From the NCBI RefSeq assembly GCF_009914755.1, contig NC_060937.1: a stretch of DNA of 64,000 bases. The stretch is one strand, 5' to 3'. The stretch is from the human T2T-CHM13v2.0 reference genome, Homo sapiens. Under the pieces are notes generated by a model that saw nothing but the letters and a program-made list of their open reading frames with translations, searched no databases and was not told the DNA's origin. This document shows, one piece after another, positions 27,452 to 44,075 of the stretch. Numbering within the stretch: position 1 is the first letter of the stretch; each line of letters starts with the position of its first letter. A program made the translations under genes and the position numbers.

Positions 27452-27454
<3 letters not shown>

Positions 27455-28550
27455 GAGCCCCAGAAACAGAGAGTGGCTAGAGAAAGTCTCGTGAGTGGTC
27501 AAAGAATCTTATTCGTGCCATGCAGGTACCATCTGTTTGGATAGGATTCTTGCACTACATGGAATAGACATACTCTTGTATTGAGTGCTTAAAGTACATT
27601 TTCTTTGATTTTCAAAATACATCTTCTTATACTGAAAAAAGTACTCCTGTAAGTGCTTACACAAGTAAAATCACAGCTTATGATTCATATGCCTGATTCA
27701 GCTTCACTGAATTTTGACTCTATAGCTGATATATTTTGGGGGCATTTTCTAATTCTTGGTGAATTCTCTCTTCCCATCTTCTTCAGGTCACTGGCAAATA
27801 AAATAAAGAGCCAAAAAGAAAAAGGAAGAAAACAGACTGTGTATATAAAAGTAATCTAAACTGGTGTTAATTTTTGATGCTTATATCAGGGTCATTCCTC
27901 ACTTTCCTCACTTGCCTGGCTTGCCTTTTCTCAGCAAGCCCAGAAGAGGTGATGTCAAGGAGTGGCTACAGACAGGGTTGTTGCTCCACCTCCACCCCCA
28001 ACAATTTCAGTTTGTACTTCCCTCAAGTAATCCACATACAAGTACAATGTAAAAATGCAAGTAAAGTCACGTGATTTTTCTTTCTTTTTTTGTTTTTTTT
28101 TTTGCAAGCCCAATTACAAGTCTCCCAGGTCCCCACCTCTGACTAGCTTCTATTCCTAAGCCCCTTCTACTAGGTTGAACCATATTAAATAACCCTTTTT
28201 ATATGTCAAGCACAGTTGACTGTCCTCAATTTCACGTGGTTCAAGTTAATATGTAGAAATCCTGGATTCACCGTTGCACAGAATGTGTCCCTTCCTGAGA
28301 CTGTAGGGAAGAAAGACATTCTAAGCCATTCTTTCTGCCTGTGCCACCTGTTATACACCTCTGTGAGTCCCCAATTTCTTCTACTCTGCTTGAGGATTCT
28401 CCCTCCTATAAAGTTTGTGTTGGCTTTGGTGAGAAATAACAAGGAATCCCGAAAAAGTTAGGGGCTTTCTTGGACAAAAAACAAAGGAAAGCCACCTTTA
28501 GTCAGAATATATATCAGAATTAGTACAGGGATGCAGGCTCCTACTATAGC

Positions 28551-28678
28551 ATCCCAGGACCCCCTACCAAGGGCCTCTGTGGTCTTGCTTTGCTGAGGAC
28601 ACAGCACCATCACATGTGAGTGTGAGAAGAGAACGCATTTTTCTCATACTAGTCCTTGGGTTGATATCCAAGACACTG
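28551..28678. repeat. Diverged ~130-bp direct repeat, copy 2
   Basis: Colinear similarity to 26842-26972. Confidence 0.75.
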
Positions 28679-29880
28679 TTCTGGCCCCTGGAGAAAGATT
28701 CCCTCCCTCCTGCATAGAGGAGAGGCAAGGAAGAATGTGGATTTTACAAAATGTGGCCAACAAGAGAAAACTAAAGAGTACAAACTCTGGAGACACTGCT
28801 GGAAAAATTCATGTCTGTCTTTAATAATCGATAGCTTATGCTGGCTATCATCACAAGCACCATACGCCTGCAGACTGTGATACAATCAAGCTTTCATTTA
28901 TATTTATGTGGCCAGGAGGATTTTGTATTTGATGATTTTAAAAGATGCATGGACTCTGCGCCGTTTAATTCTGATATATTCGTCTATTATCTATAAGAGG
29001 CCATTGGCTAAATTGTACTATTCACATGAGGGTCCATGATGAAAATTTATCAGAATGATAGAGAAATATTCAGATTTAGTTTTTCCTCAATAGTAAAATT
29101 CGAAGACTATAAGCACATCGTGCTTCCAAATGACCATCAGAACTAGATTTAAGAAGACCTCATTCTACAATGAATGCATTATTAAAATAGTTTGTTATGC
29201 TGCATTAAAAGGGAAGCAGCTTGACAACTGACAGAGCAGGAAAGACTGGATCCACAGAACTGCAGCCTGTAAAACTGTTGTCTTGGGGAGTCAAATTCAG
29301 CAAGCCTGGAGGAAGCCTGTAACAGCGAAGGAAACTGCCATTTCTAGGTGGCCTGTCACTAGCAGAGTCATCTAAGGTTTTATTTTGTTTCAATAACAAA
29401 ATGTTTATTTAACTTCTGTCACTGCTAACTCAATCTAGACAGGTCACCTCAGTTTCTAAGCCCTTTCATTTATTCAGCATCTATGGGTGAGTGTCGCAGT
29501 GTGATAGTTACTGTGATAGGTATGGATTGTCAGAAAGGATACTCACGGCCACTGCCCTGAGGAACCTGACAGTCTGGAGAGAAAACACATAGATACACTG
29601 ATTGGTACAACACAATCGTTTAGTGATCCTCTTGAATGAGGCAAGGACAGGCAGGAAATTCCTGATTCTCAGTGGGAATTTCAATAGTATCGAACAAAGA
29701 TGTTCTATGGACTGTAAGTCATGCCCTCATCTCAACATCATCATTGTAATGGTGTTAAGGAGCAGGGTATGTATCTGCCATTATCTCAAGTAACAGCTTT
29801 GCAGTAAATCATTCTTGTGTGATCAGTGATATGGATTTTCAGGATGCTGGTCTTGGTGAGCAAAGATTATTGACTTATTG

Positions 29881-30035
29881 GAAGCAACATAGGGGGTTAA
29901 AATGCATTAGACTTGGGGTCAGAAGACCTGGGACCTAGCTGGAGCTCTGCCACTCTCTGCCAGTGGGATGCTGGAAAAATCACTCCACTTCCAAGGATCT
30001 CAGATATCCTTAGCTGTGAAATGTCAATAGAATAT
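29881..30035 (+). mobile_element. MIR
   Basis: gcattagacttggggtcagaagacctggg...gctctgccact...aaatcact...tctcagatatccttagctgtgaaatg. Confidence 0.75.
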
Positions 30036-30409
30036 TAAAAGTGACTAGAGGTGTACATTTCTATGTCTCAATGTGGAACTGAGCCTTTTCCCACTCCCTC
30101 TAACTAAATAACTTTAAATGAAGGCAGCTATGGAGCATGCTGACTTTGTCTCAGAGCCAGATTTAGAATTGTGCCCTTACAAAACCACATGATAATGCTG
30201 ATGGAGATTTGTTGTATTTGTATGTTGGTTTTGGAACTAAATATCCATCCATTCGCTAGATATATATTGAGCACATATTTTGGGGCCTGAGAAACAATGG
30301 AAAAAAGAGTCCTTTCTTTCCCCTGCGGCAATAAGCATAAAGAAGTTCCTGGAATTTAGGTCAATAAGGTCAAGTATCTTCTAGCAGGATGCATAGCTTG
30401 CAGCTAGTG

Positions 30410-30770
30410 TCATAAAATACTATATCTGAAATGATCTTAGAGATCATTTACAAAAAACTCATTTTTCATCAGGGGAAAGTGATACCTAGAGATATCTAGC
30501 TTCCCCAAGTCACTCAGGCTGCTAGTGATATTCTTCCTTTACTCAACAAATATTTGAGCTCTAGACATTTTCGCTAGGTAACAAAAAAACAGTAAACAAA
30601 GTACTAACAAATCTCGCAGTCTAATGCTTGCCACAGATAAACATGATTTGGTAGGTGTTATGATCTGGAAATCCATTTTAGAGGAATGTCACAGAAGGTT
30701 TTCTTGAAGGAATCAAATCTAGGCTAAGCTCTAAAGGATAAGTAGAAGGCATAGAGCTAGGACAGTGAAG
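30410..30770 (-). mobile_element. MIR fragment followed by an L2 3' fragment
   Basis: atcttagagatcattta...ggggaaagtgatacctagag...ccccaagtcactcaggctgctagt (MIR); actcaacaaatatttgagc...gctaggt (L2). Confidence 0.55.
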
Positions 30771-30961
30771 CCTAATTTAGAGTTCAACCCTTTTCTACAA
30801 GCCAAGACTACAGGAACTAATTGGGGTTTGCTGCTCTGTAGACAGTGAGGGAATATTCCTGGAGGAGACTTGTCCGCTCTCACCTTGTTTGACACAAACT
30901 GTTAGCTAGCTCCTGAGAACCTTTTGTCTCTGTTTGCTCTGCCCCTTTGATTTGATGGTTG

Positions 30962-31155
30962 GGGTGAGAATAATACAGTGGAAAGGGTGTGTCCTGCAGA
31001 GCCTAGTAGATCTGGGTCAATCTCAGCTTCAACAGTGACTACAGCTGTGGCCCATGGGCAGAGCACTTCCCTCTCTGAAACTCCCAGCTGCAAAGCTAGA
31101 GCGATACCTCCTTAATAAAGTTGTTGAGTCTTTAATCAAATAATGAATATAAAAC
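30962..31155 (+). mobile_element. MIR
   Basis: cagtggaaagg...gcagagcctagtagatctgggtcaatctcagct...gttgttgag...taatgaatataaa. Confidence 0.7.
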
Positions 31156-33926
31156 AGCCACAGTCTCAGCAGCCAGGCCAGATAAAGAGCCCACAGAGAG
31201 TAGCTATGAAGGGTCAGGAAACTGCAAACACCTGAAATTGCAGGCTTCTTGTCAGGGGTGACTAATAGACTTTGCAAAGGAAACAATAAATTCAAGGTCT
31301 CTAAACACTGAGAAACTATCTTCTGTTCTGCTCCTCTGCTTCCGCATTATCAATTAAAATTATTATAAATTTTCTTAGTGCTTTATCAAAAGTATATTAA
31401 AAGATACCTCTATAAAGCCTCCATCCCAAGCTCATCACTCCATTGGACTTAATGAGAAAAGATCCAGGAAATAAAATTCAAATGTACAGATTTACTGGTT
31501 AGAATCCATTCAGCCATAATCTGTGAAAAAAGGCACAATGTCTGCTGTTTTGCTCTTCTGGCATAAATTAATTATGGTTTATTCAAATAAATTTTTAATA
31601 AAGAACCTAACAAAATTGTCAATATAGGCCCCAGGCATGTTTTAAACAAAAGCACAAGTATTCCATCCTACCTCCTGCTTCAGAGGGGTTCATCCAGAGT
31701 GTACAGACACAATGCTCCCCAAAGCGATCCTCTTTGACAACATACAGAACAAAGCAGGTAAAGATGATATCCAGGCACACAGATCATGCATACTCAATGC
31801 ATAGTTTCTCTTCAAGAAGCAGAGACTTCCATCTGCCACAGTTTCCATCTTCAGTGATGACCACCAAAAGCTCTTGGTTGCCTGGTTTGTGCTGCATGTA
31901 ACTTCCTTTTCACAGCTCCTTCAAATGTTTTGTTAACCTTCTCATAAAACTTTGCACAGGAGGGAAGTGTTAATTTGCAAACTAAACACACTGGACCTGA
32001 CTGGCAATAGCAAGTGGGTATTTGTAAGTCTGGGAGGCTGATAAAATGCCTGTGATTTCTGACATATGAAATTATTTCCACTCTGGCTTTTCAGAAACAC
32101 ATATTAATGGTAATATCAACTCAGTCTTTCCTACTCAAGGATGTTGCATCATCAGCTTTCAGGCTCAAATTTTTACAATCTTAATGATTCCTAACCAATA
32201 GGTCTTCATTTCAATTGCAAAAATCCTGTAGGGTTTCTTTAGCTGCTAGAAAAGCAACCTGCAAGTTGTTTTGCCTCCTATCTTCACAAATGCTAATGTG
32301 ATCAACAAAAGTTGAAGTAGTCACATGAGAAAGAGTATAATGCAGTATTTTTCACCCTGAGAAAGCTTCATTGTTTGATTTAATTAATCCGGTTAGTGAC
32401 CCTTGTACCCTTCCAGCTACTTTAAAAACCTATATTGATGGGGGATTACCCCTATGTAACTTCAATGAAGAGAGTCACAATTTCAGAAATCAGCAAAAGT
32501 GCTGAAAGGGAATATTTGGTTATTCTAACAAATGTGGAAAAAAGCAACTCTAAGTTTTCAAACTCAGCTGGTATTCTGGTATCATTCACAACTTGTGTGT
32601 TAGTGCTATCACTGAGCACTTATCACCTCAGTGCTCCTAAGTGTTCTTTTGTTCCCTCTCACTGCTCTAGCATGTGGACCCCAAGGTCCACAAGTTAGAG
32701 CAATGATCTGTACAGTGATGATCAAAGTGGGGTACTCACAGCCCTGGCATTACAGAATGATTTCCCAAGGGGTAAAAGAATTCCTACAATTGTCAGAAAA
32801 TCAATTTCCAGATTCCCAAATTCCATTTATATCCTCTCTTAAATAAGATTTACCTGAGTATACAATGTGTTCACCAATAGCCCTTTTTTTCAACTTTACC
32901 AAAAATGAATCATTGCTTCACCCTCAGTGAAAAATTACTAGGTGCCCAAAAAAAAAAAAAAAAAACGGTGGCGTTTTCCTTTCATGACTACTCAAGACTA
33001 TGTAAGGTCCTAGGGCTTCCCATCATTCCTTCTCTTTTATGTACACTTTCCTGATAAGGATGAAGCTGGGCATTAAAGAGAAATTTGCCGTTTGGGCAAA
33101 AACCAAAGAAATTTGGATCCCTGTCTGGATGTTCTAAATTCAGGTATACAATAAAGTGTGGTTAATGATAATAAAAATAAAAATGAAATAAAGTGGGAGA
33201 AATGATAATTTTTGTTTAATGACTTTACCTCTTCTATTCTCCTATTATTAAAGAATTCATTATTTACAAGGACAAATCTGTTGAGAGCAAGGTAAAAAGC
33301 ATCTGCGGGAAATATTGAACACTAAAAAATGGTTCTTTTTCATGTACTTAAATGTAAGCACTTCTTTTAAAGCTATTCTCAATGCTCATTCCTGAGACAT
33401 GTTATTAGCTGGGGGAAAAATCAGCTTCCATTATCCAAAGAAAAGCACCTTCCATTAGCCAAAACAGTATGGGTTAGTGATTCAGATCTTCTAAATGTAA
33501 GTGGAATGTTTCCTGGGACTCCAAATTGTTTTAGATTTAGTAAAACTCACAGATAAACTTCTATGTAATTACTTTTCAGATTTGGTGTGTATTATACGTT
33601 AAAGTGTTTATTTTAAACTTCATCTTACGAAAAGTTTAACATTTCCCCCTTATTAATAAAATATAAAATTATGCTAGCTGCCAGGCCAATTCATTTTTAG
33701 CAGTTTATATACCTTTCTGTTTTGTTTTTTCTGTAGGAACTTTGATTATAGTATCAAACTAAAATAATGGTGTTATGTATTCTGTTTATACCTGAATTTT
33801 TTTTAATTATATGTGAAAACCAAACACCAAAATATGATACACACATACCACATATGCACATATACACATACGCACATTTACTAAGGATTATAATGACTTT
33901 TATTATAATCCCTGTATTATAATGCC

Positions 33927-34190
33927 TGTATTAGTCCTTTCACACACTGTGAAAGGACTACCTGAGACTGCGTAATTTATAAAGGAAAGAGGTTTAATTG
34001 GTCTTACCCAAGACTGGATAATTTATAAAGGAAAGAGGTCTAATTGACTCACAGTTCCACATGGCTGGGGAGGCCTCAGGAAACTTATAGTCATGGCAGA
34101 AGGGGAAACAAATACATCCTTCTTCACATGGCAGCAGGAAGAAGTGCCAAGCAAAAAGGGGAAAACCCCCTTATAAAACCATCAGATTTC
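33927..34190 (-). mobile_element. THE1D-like MaLR LTR, first part (interrupted)
   Basis: tgtattagtcc...gactcacagttccacatggctggggaggcctcaggaaactta...ccccttataaaaccatcagat. Confidence 0.9.
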
Positions 34191-34298
34191 TGTATTTTTA
34201 AGTAGAGACAGGGTTTCACCATATTGGCCAGGCTGGTCTTGAACTCCTTACCTCAAGTGATCCACTCGCCTTGGCCTCCCAAATTGCTGGGATTACAG
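34191..34298 (-). mobile_element. Alu left monomer, inverted, inside the L1 TSD
   Basis: tgtatttttaagtagagacagggtttcacc...gctgggattacag is the reverse complement of Alu positions ~23-130. Confidence 0.92.
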
Positions 34299-34299
34299 C

Positions 34300-34446
34300 C
34301 ACACATCTGTAATCCCAGCTACTCAGGAGGCTGAAGCAGGAGAATCGCTTGAAACTGGGAGGCCAAGGTTGCAGTGAGCCGAGATTGCACCACTACACTC
34401 CAGCCTGGGCAACAGAGCAAGACTCTGACTCAAAGAAAAAAAAGAG
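34300..34446 (+). mobile_element. Alu right monomer with A tail, sense, directly upstream of L1
   Basis: ctgtaatcccagctactcaggaggctga...gagcaagactctgactcaaagaaaaaaaag. Confidence 0.92.
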
Positions 34447-35459
34447 AAGGGGCATTCCAAGATGGTCAATAGGAACAGCTCCAGTCTGCAGCTCCCAGAG
34501 TGATCGACGCAGAAGACGGGTGATTTCTGCATTTCCAACTGAGGTACCTGGTTCATCTCACTGGGACTGGTTGGACAGTGGATGCAGCCCACAGTGAGCG
34601 AGCTGAAGCAGGGCAGAGCATCACCTCACCCAGGAAGTGCAAGGAGTCAGGGGATTTCCCTTTCCTAACCAAGAGAAGCTGTGACAGACTACCTGGAAAA
34701 ACGGGGCACTCCTGCCCAAATACTGTGCTTTTCCCAAGGTGATTCTCTCCCATGCCTGGCTCGGTGGGTCCCACACCCATGGAGTCTTGCTCACTGCTAG
34801 CACAGCAGTCTGAGATGGATCTGTGAGGTGGTAGCCTGGCTGGGGGAGGGGCGTCCACCATTGCTGAGGCTTGAGTAGGTAAACAAAGCAGCCAGGAAGC
34901 TCAAACTGGGTGCAGCCCATCACAGGTCAACAAGGCCTTCTGCCTCTAGACTCCACCTCTGTGGGCAAGGCATACCAGAACAAAAGGCAGCAGACAACTT
35001 CTGCAGACTTAAATGTCCCTGTCTGACAGCTCTGAAGAGAGCAGTGGTTCTCCCAGCACAGCATTTGAGCTCTGAGAATGGACAGACTGCCTCCTCAAGT
35101 GGGTCCCTGAATCTTGTGTAGCCTAACTGGGAGACACCTCCCAGTAGGGGCCAACAGACACCTCATATAGGCGGCTACCCCTCTGGGACAAAGCTTCCAA
35201 AGGAAGGATCAGGCAGCAATATTTGCTGTTCTGCAATATTTGCTGTTCTGTAGCCTCCACTGGTGATACCCAGGCAAACGGAGTCTGGAGTGGAACTCCA
35301 GCAAACTCCAACAGACCTGCAGCTGAGGGACCTGACTGTCAGAAGGAAAACTAACAAAGAGAAAGGAATAGCATCAACATCAACAAAAAGTTCATCTACA
35401 CAAAACCCCCTCTGTAGGACACCAACATCAGAGACCAAAGGTAGATAAAAATCACAAAG

Positions 35460-36468
35460 ATGGGGAGAAACCAGAGAAGAAAAACTGAAAATTCTAAAAA
35501 TCAGAGCGCCTCTTCTCCTCCAAAGGATCATAGCTCCTCGCCAGCAATGGAACAAAGCAGGATGGAGAATGACTTTGACGAGTTGACAGAAGTAGGCTTC
35601 AGAAGGTCGGTAATAACAAACTTCTCCAAGCTAAAGGAGGATGTTCAAACCCATCGCAAGGAAGAAGATTTGATGACTGGCTAACTAGCATAAACAGTGT
35701 AGAGAAGACCTGAAATGACCCGATGGAGCTGAAAACCATGGCATGACAACTTCATGACACATGCACAAGCTTCAATAGCCAATTTGATCAACTGGAAGAA
35801 AGGGTATCAGTGATTGAAGATCAAGTTAATGAAATAAAGCGAGAAGAGAAGTTTAGAGAGACAAGAATGAAGATGAACAAACAAAGCCTCCAAGAAATAT
35901 GGGACTATGTGAAAAGACCAAATCTACGTTTGATTGTTGTATGTGAAACTGATGGGGAGATGGAACCAAGTTGGAAAACACTCTGCAGGATATTATCCAG
36001 GAGAACTTCCCCAACCTAGCAAGGCAGGACAACACTCAAATTCAGGAAATACAGAGGACACCACAAAGATACTCCTTGAGAAGAGCAGCCCAAGACACAT
36101 AATGGTCAGATTCACCAAGGTTGAAATGAAGGAAAAAGTGTTAAGGGCAGCCAGAGAGAAAGGCTGAGTTACCCACAAAGGGAAGCCCATCAGACTAACA
36201 GCAGATCTCTCAGCAGAAACCCTACAAGCCAGAAGAGAGTGGGGACCAATATTCAACATTCTTAAAGAAAAGAATTTTCAACCCAGAATTTCATATCCAG
36301 CCAAACTAAGCTTCATAAGTGAAGGAGAAATAAAATCCTTTACAGACAAGCAAATGCTGAGAGGTTTTGTCACCACCAGGCCTGCCCTACAAGAGCTCCT
36401 GAAGGAAGCACTAAACATGGAAAGAAACAACCAGTACCAGCCACTGCAAAAACACGCCAAATTGTAAA
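35460..36468 (+). pseudogene. L1 ORF1p remnant (frameshifts/stops)
   Basis: ORF pieces 35460..35684, 35810..36019 and 35934..36167 match L1 ORF1p. Confidence 0.9.
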
Positions 36469-36530
36469 GACCATCGACGTTATGAAGAAACTGCATCAAT
36501 TAATGGGGAAAATTACCAGAAAACATCATA

Positions 36531-40333
<3,803 letters not shown>

Positions 40334-40551
40334 ACAATGAGATCACTTGGACACAGGGCAGGGAACATCACACACCAGGGCCTGTCGTGGTGGGGGGTGC
40401 TGGGGGAGGGATAGCATTAGGAGAAATACCTAATGTAAATGATGAATTGATGTGTGCAGCAAACCAATGTATACCTATGCAGCAAACGTGCACTTCGCGC
40501 ACATGTATCCTAGAACTTAAAGTATAATAAAGAAAAAGAAAAAGAAAAAAA

Positions 40552-40718
40552 AAAGCCATCAGATTTCATGAGAACTCACTATTACAAGAACACCAGCATG
40601 GGGATAACTGCCCCCATGATTCAATTACCTCCCACTGGGTCCCTCCCATGATGCATGGAGATTATGGAAACTACAATTCAAGATGAGATTTGGGTGGGGA
40701 CATAGAGAAACCATATCA
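40552..40718 (-). mobile_element. THE1D-like LTR, second part
   Basis: ccatcagatttcatgagaactcact...acaattcaagatgagatttgggtggggac...aaccatatca completes the LTR begun at 33927. Confidence 0.9.
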
Positions 40719-40875
40719 AACCCTATTTGGTAACATAATTTTACCTACATATTACATTACATTTTTAGAAAATTAAGTAATGAGAAACTACGTATTAAAT
40801 TATCTTGTTTTATATCTTAGAACAAAAGGGACAAATTAGTTATATTAGATCTGAAGCATTTTAATCTTGATTTAA

Positions 40876-41180
<305 letters not shown>

Positions 41181-41304
41181 TTGGTAATCATTTTTATAAA
41201 ATGCACTCTATAATTTCTTTATTCAGAGTTTCTATTGTATACCTTAAAACATGCTTATTGACATGTTTATTTAATTTAATTTAATTCAAAAATTAAGTCA
41301 ATGA

Positions 41305-44075
41305 TTTTCACTTCTAGGACAAGAGTAAACATACATATCTATCTTCCACCTGCTAAGTACAGCTGTAAACTCTGGACTTTACATAATAATAAGCAAGAAG
41401 ACTGAAAGGTGGAGAGAAGGCAGGCTAGTGTGGGGCCTTGGGCTCTAAGAAACACATAGCAATGAGTTTCCTGGTTTTTCTGTTTGCCTTGTATACATAC
41501 CCTATACGGGGTGATAGAGGAGCTAGTAATCCAGAAACACCAATGGTGGAGATTTAAGAAAATCTCCCTAATAGTCCGTTCTCTGTAGCCAAAAAACCAG
41601 GAAAGGGCTGCCCAGTAAGACAAAAACTTTTGGACAATGCCTTCCTTACTCTGGCCATACAACATGGAAAAAGCTAAGGCCATGCTTCCATCAGGTACAA
41701 AGGCCAAGTAGAAAGCTCAGACTTCCATTTCATCAGAAGTCTATAACAAAGTGTGCCCCTTTACTGCTGGGATGGTGTGAGAGAAGAGCGAGTGTGCAGC
41801 CAGAGCTTCCACCAACACCCGGTGGTAACTAGAGCTCCCTCTACCACCCATGGTGTCAGTGAAGGCCACATGGGGAGCCTGACCTCCCAGCCCTGCCCAG
41901 CAGTAATGAGGTACCCTCCCCCAGGGTATTAACGGAACTTGGACATCTGCCCCAACCTGACATCAACTGAGTGGCACCACCATCATGGTGTCAAAAGATA
42001 TCTGCTAAAACACAAGATTTAAATAAAATTCAGAGTCCCATGATGCTTAAAATGTCCAGGAAAAATTTAAAAATCATACAAAGAGCTTAACTTGAATGAA
42101 TTAATGAATTAAGATCATCAACACTCCTCCCACATAAGTGGTAGAGATGGTGACAGTATCTGACAAAAATTCCAAAGTAGCCATGAGAAAAAATGTTTCT
42201 ATGAACATGGTTTAAACAAAGGGAAAAAAAAGTTTCAGCTAAGAAAAAGAAGATATAAAAAAGAACAAAATGGAAATTTTAGGACTAAAAATACAGTAGC
42301 TGAAATAAAAAGCTCAGTTGGTGGGCTCAACAGCACAGTAGAGATGACAGTCAGTGAACTGTAAGAGCAATAGAAATTGCCCAATCAGAACAATAGATAG
42401 AAAAAATAAACTGAAAAGATAAAGAGAGCCTTAGGGGTTTATCAGACTATAATTAAAAATTTAACATTTATATATTAGTCCGTTTTCACACTACTGATAA
42501 AGACACATCCAAGACTGGGTAATTTATAAAGAAAAAGAGGTTTAATGGAATCATAGCTCCATGTGGCTGGGGAGGCCTCACAATCATGGTGGAAGGTGAA
42601 AGGCACATCTTACACAGTGGCAGACAAGAGAGAATGAAGCCAAACAAAAAGGGAAACCCATTAGAAAACCTATTCACTACCACAAGAACAGTATGTGGGA
42701 AACCACCCCCATGATTCAATTATCTTGCACCAGGTGCCTCCCAAAACATGTGGAAATTATGGGAACTACAATTCAAGATGAGATTTGTGTTGGAACACAG
42801 CCAAACCATATCAATTTATGTCATCAGGATCCCAAGAAGAGAGCAGTACTAAAAAGGTATTTAAAGAAAATAATGGCTGAAAATTTTCCAAATCTAGAAA
42901 ATAATGTAAGCCTACAGACACAAAAAAACTGAGCAAATCCCAAACAGATTAAACCCAAAGACACCCATGCTAAGATACATTATAATTAAGCTTCTGAAAA
43001 CTAATGAAAGAAAAAAATTTGAAAGCAGTGAGAAACATCTTACCTATAAAGGAAAAAATATTCTAATGATAGCACATTTACTATCAAAAAACCTGGAGGC
43101 AGAAAGAAATGATAAAACATTTTTCATGTGCATAAAGAAAATTGCTGTCAACCCAGAATCTTATAACCAGCAAAAATGTCATTCAGAATGAAAGGGAAAT
43201 TAAGACATTCTTAAAAGAAGGGAAACTAAGAAGTTTTCACTAGTAGTTCTACCTTAAAAGAATAGCTAATGTAATTTCCTAAGAAAGAATGAAGAAAAAA
43301 CAATGGACAGAATAAAAATATGAGTAAATACAGTGGATCTTGGCTCCTCTAAGTTTTCTAAATTAAGTTTGATGTTTAAAGCCAGACTTACAACATTTTT
43401 AGTTTTCAATGTACATAGAGGAAATGTTTAAGATGATTATATTAGAAATGTGGAAGGATAAAAGGAAAGTTAAAAGGGAAGTAAGGTTTCTATACTTCAT
43501 GCAAACTGGTAAAATGTCAATACCAGTAGACTGTGATAAGTTATGTAATATCTAGAGTAACCACACACACACACACACACACAAATTACACAAAGATATA
43601 TACTCAAAAGCACTTTAAATAAATCAAACGAAAATTCTAAAATATGTTTCAGTAACCCACAGGGAGGCAATAAAGAGGCAAAAATGAGGAAAGGAAAAGA
43701 AAACAGGGAAGAATCAGAAAACAACAATAAAATGACAGACTTAAGCCAGAGATGATTGTTAGGGAGATGTTTAAGTGTGACCATAAAAGGATATCATGAG
43801 GAAGATCTTTGAGTCTTCTGTGCCCTCGATAACACTGTGGTGATAGAACAGTTCTGTATCTTGATTGTGGTGATGGTTACAGGAATATATACATATAATA
43901 AAAATGTGTGGAACTATACACCACATTATGCCAATGTCAATTTCCTGGTTTTGATATGTAAGGTGTAACCATTGGAGGAAACTCAGTGAGTGATGTGCGT
44001 ACCAGACCTTGCTATATTGCCTTTGCAGTTTTCTGTGAATCTATAATTATCTCAAAATAAGTTTTAAAATTTTTT
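41305..44075 (+). mobile_element. Old L1 (L1MD-like): 5'UTR, ORF1 and ORF2 start joined directly to the 3'UTR
   Basis: ORF1 remnants (KIMAENFPNL; RYIIIKLLK; 42967..43191); aaaatgacagacttaagcc ORF2 start near 43732; then L1MD-type 3'UTR tgtggtgatagaacagttctgtatcttgattg...ctataattatctcaaaataa. Confidence 0.75.
42471..42813 (-). mobile_element. THE1B/C-like solo LTR inserted in L1 ORF1
   Basis: tatattagtccgttttcac...cagccaaaccatatca; 5-bp TSD ATTTA at 42466-42470 and 42814-42818. Confidence 0.92.

Noticed and set aside
29030-29150. ATGATGA box C-like motif suggesting a C/D snoRNA
   Set aside because: No box D (CTGA) at a suitable distance and no terminal stem
35213-35252. Tandem gcaatatttgctgttct duplication in the L1PA6 5'UTR
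   Set aside because: Recalled as a normal feature of L1PA 5'UTR consensus sequences
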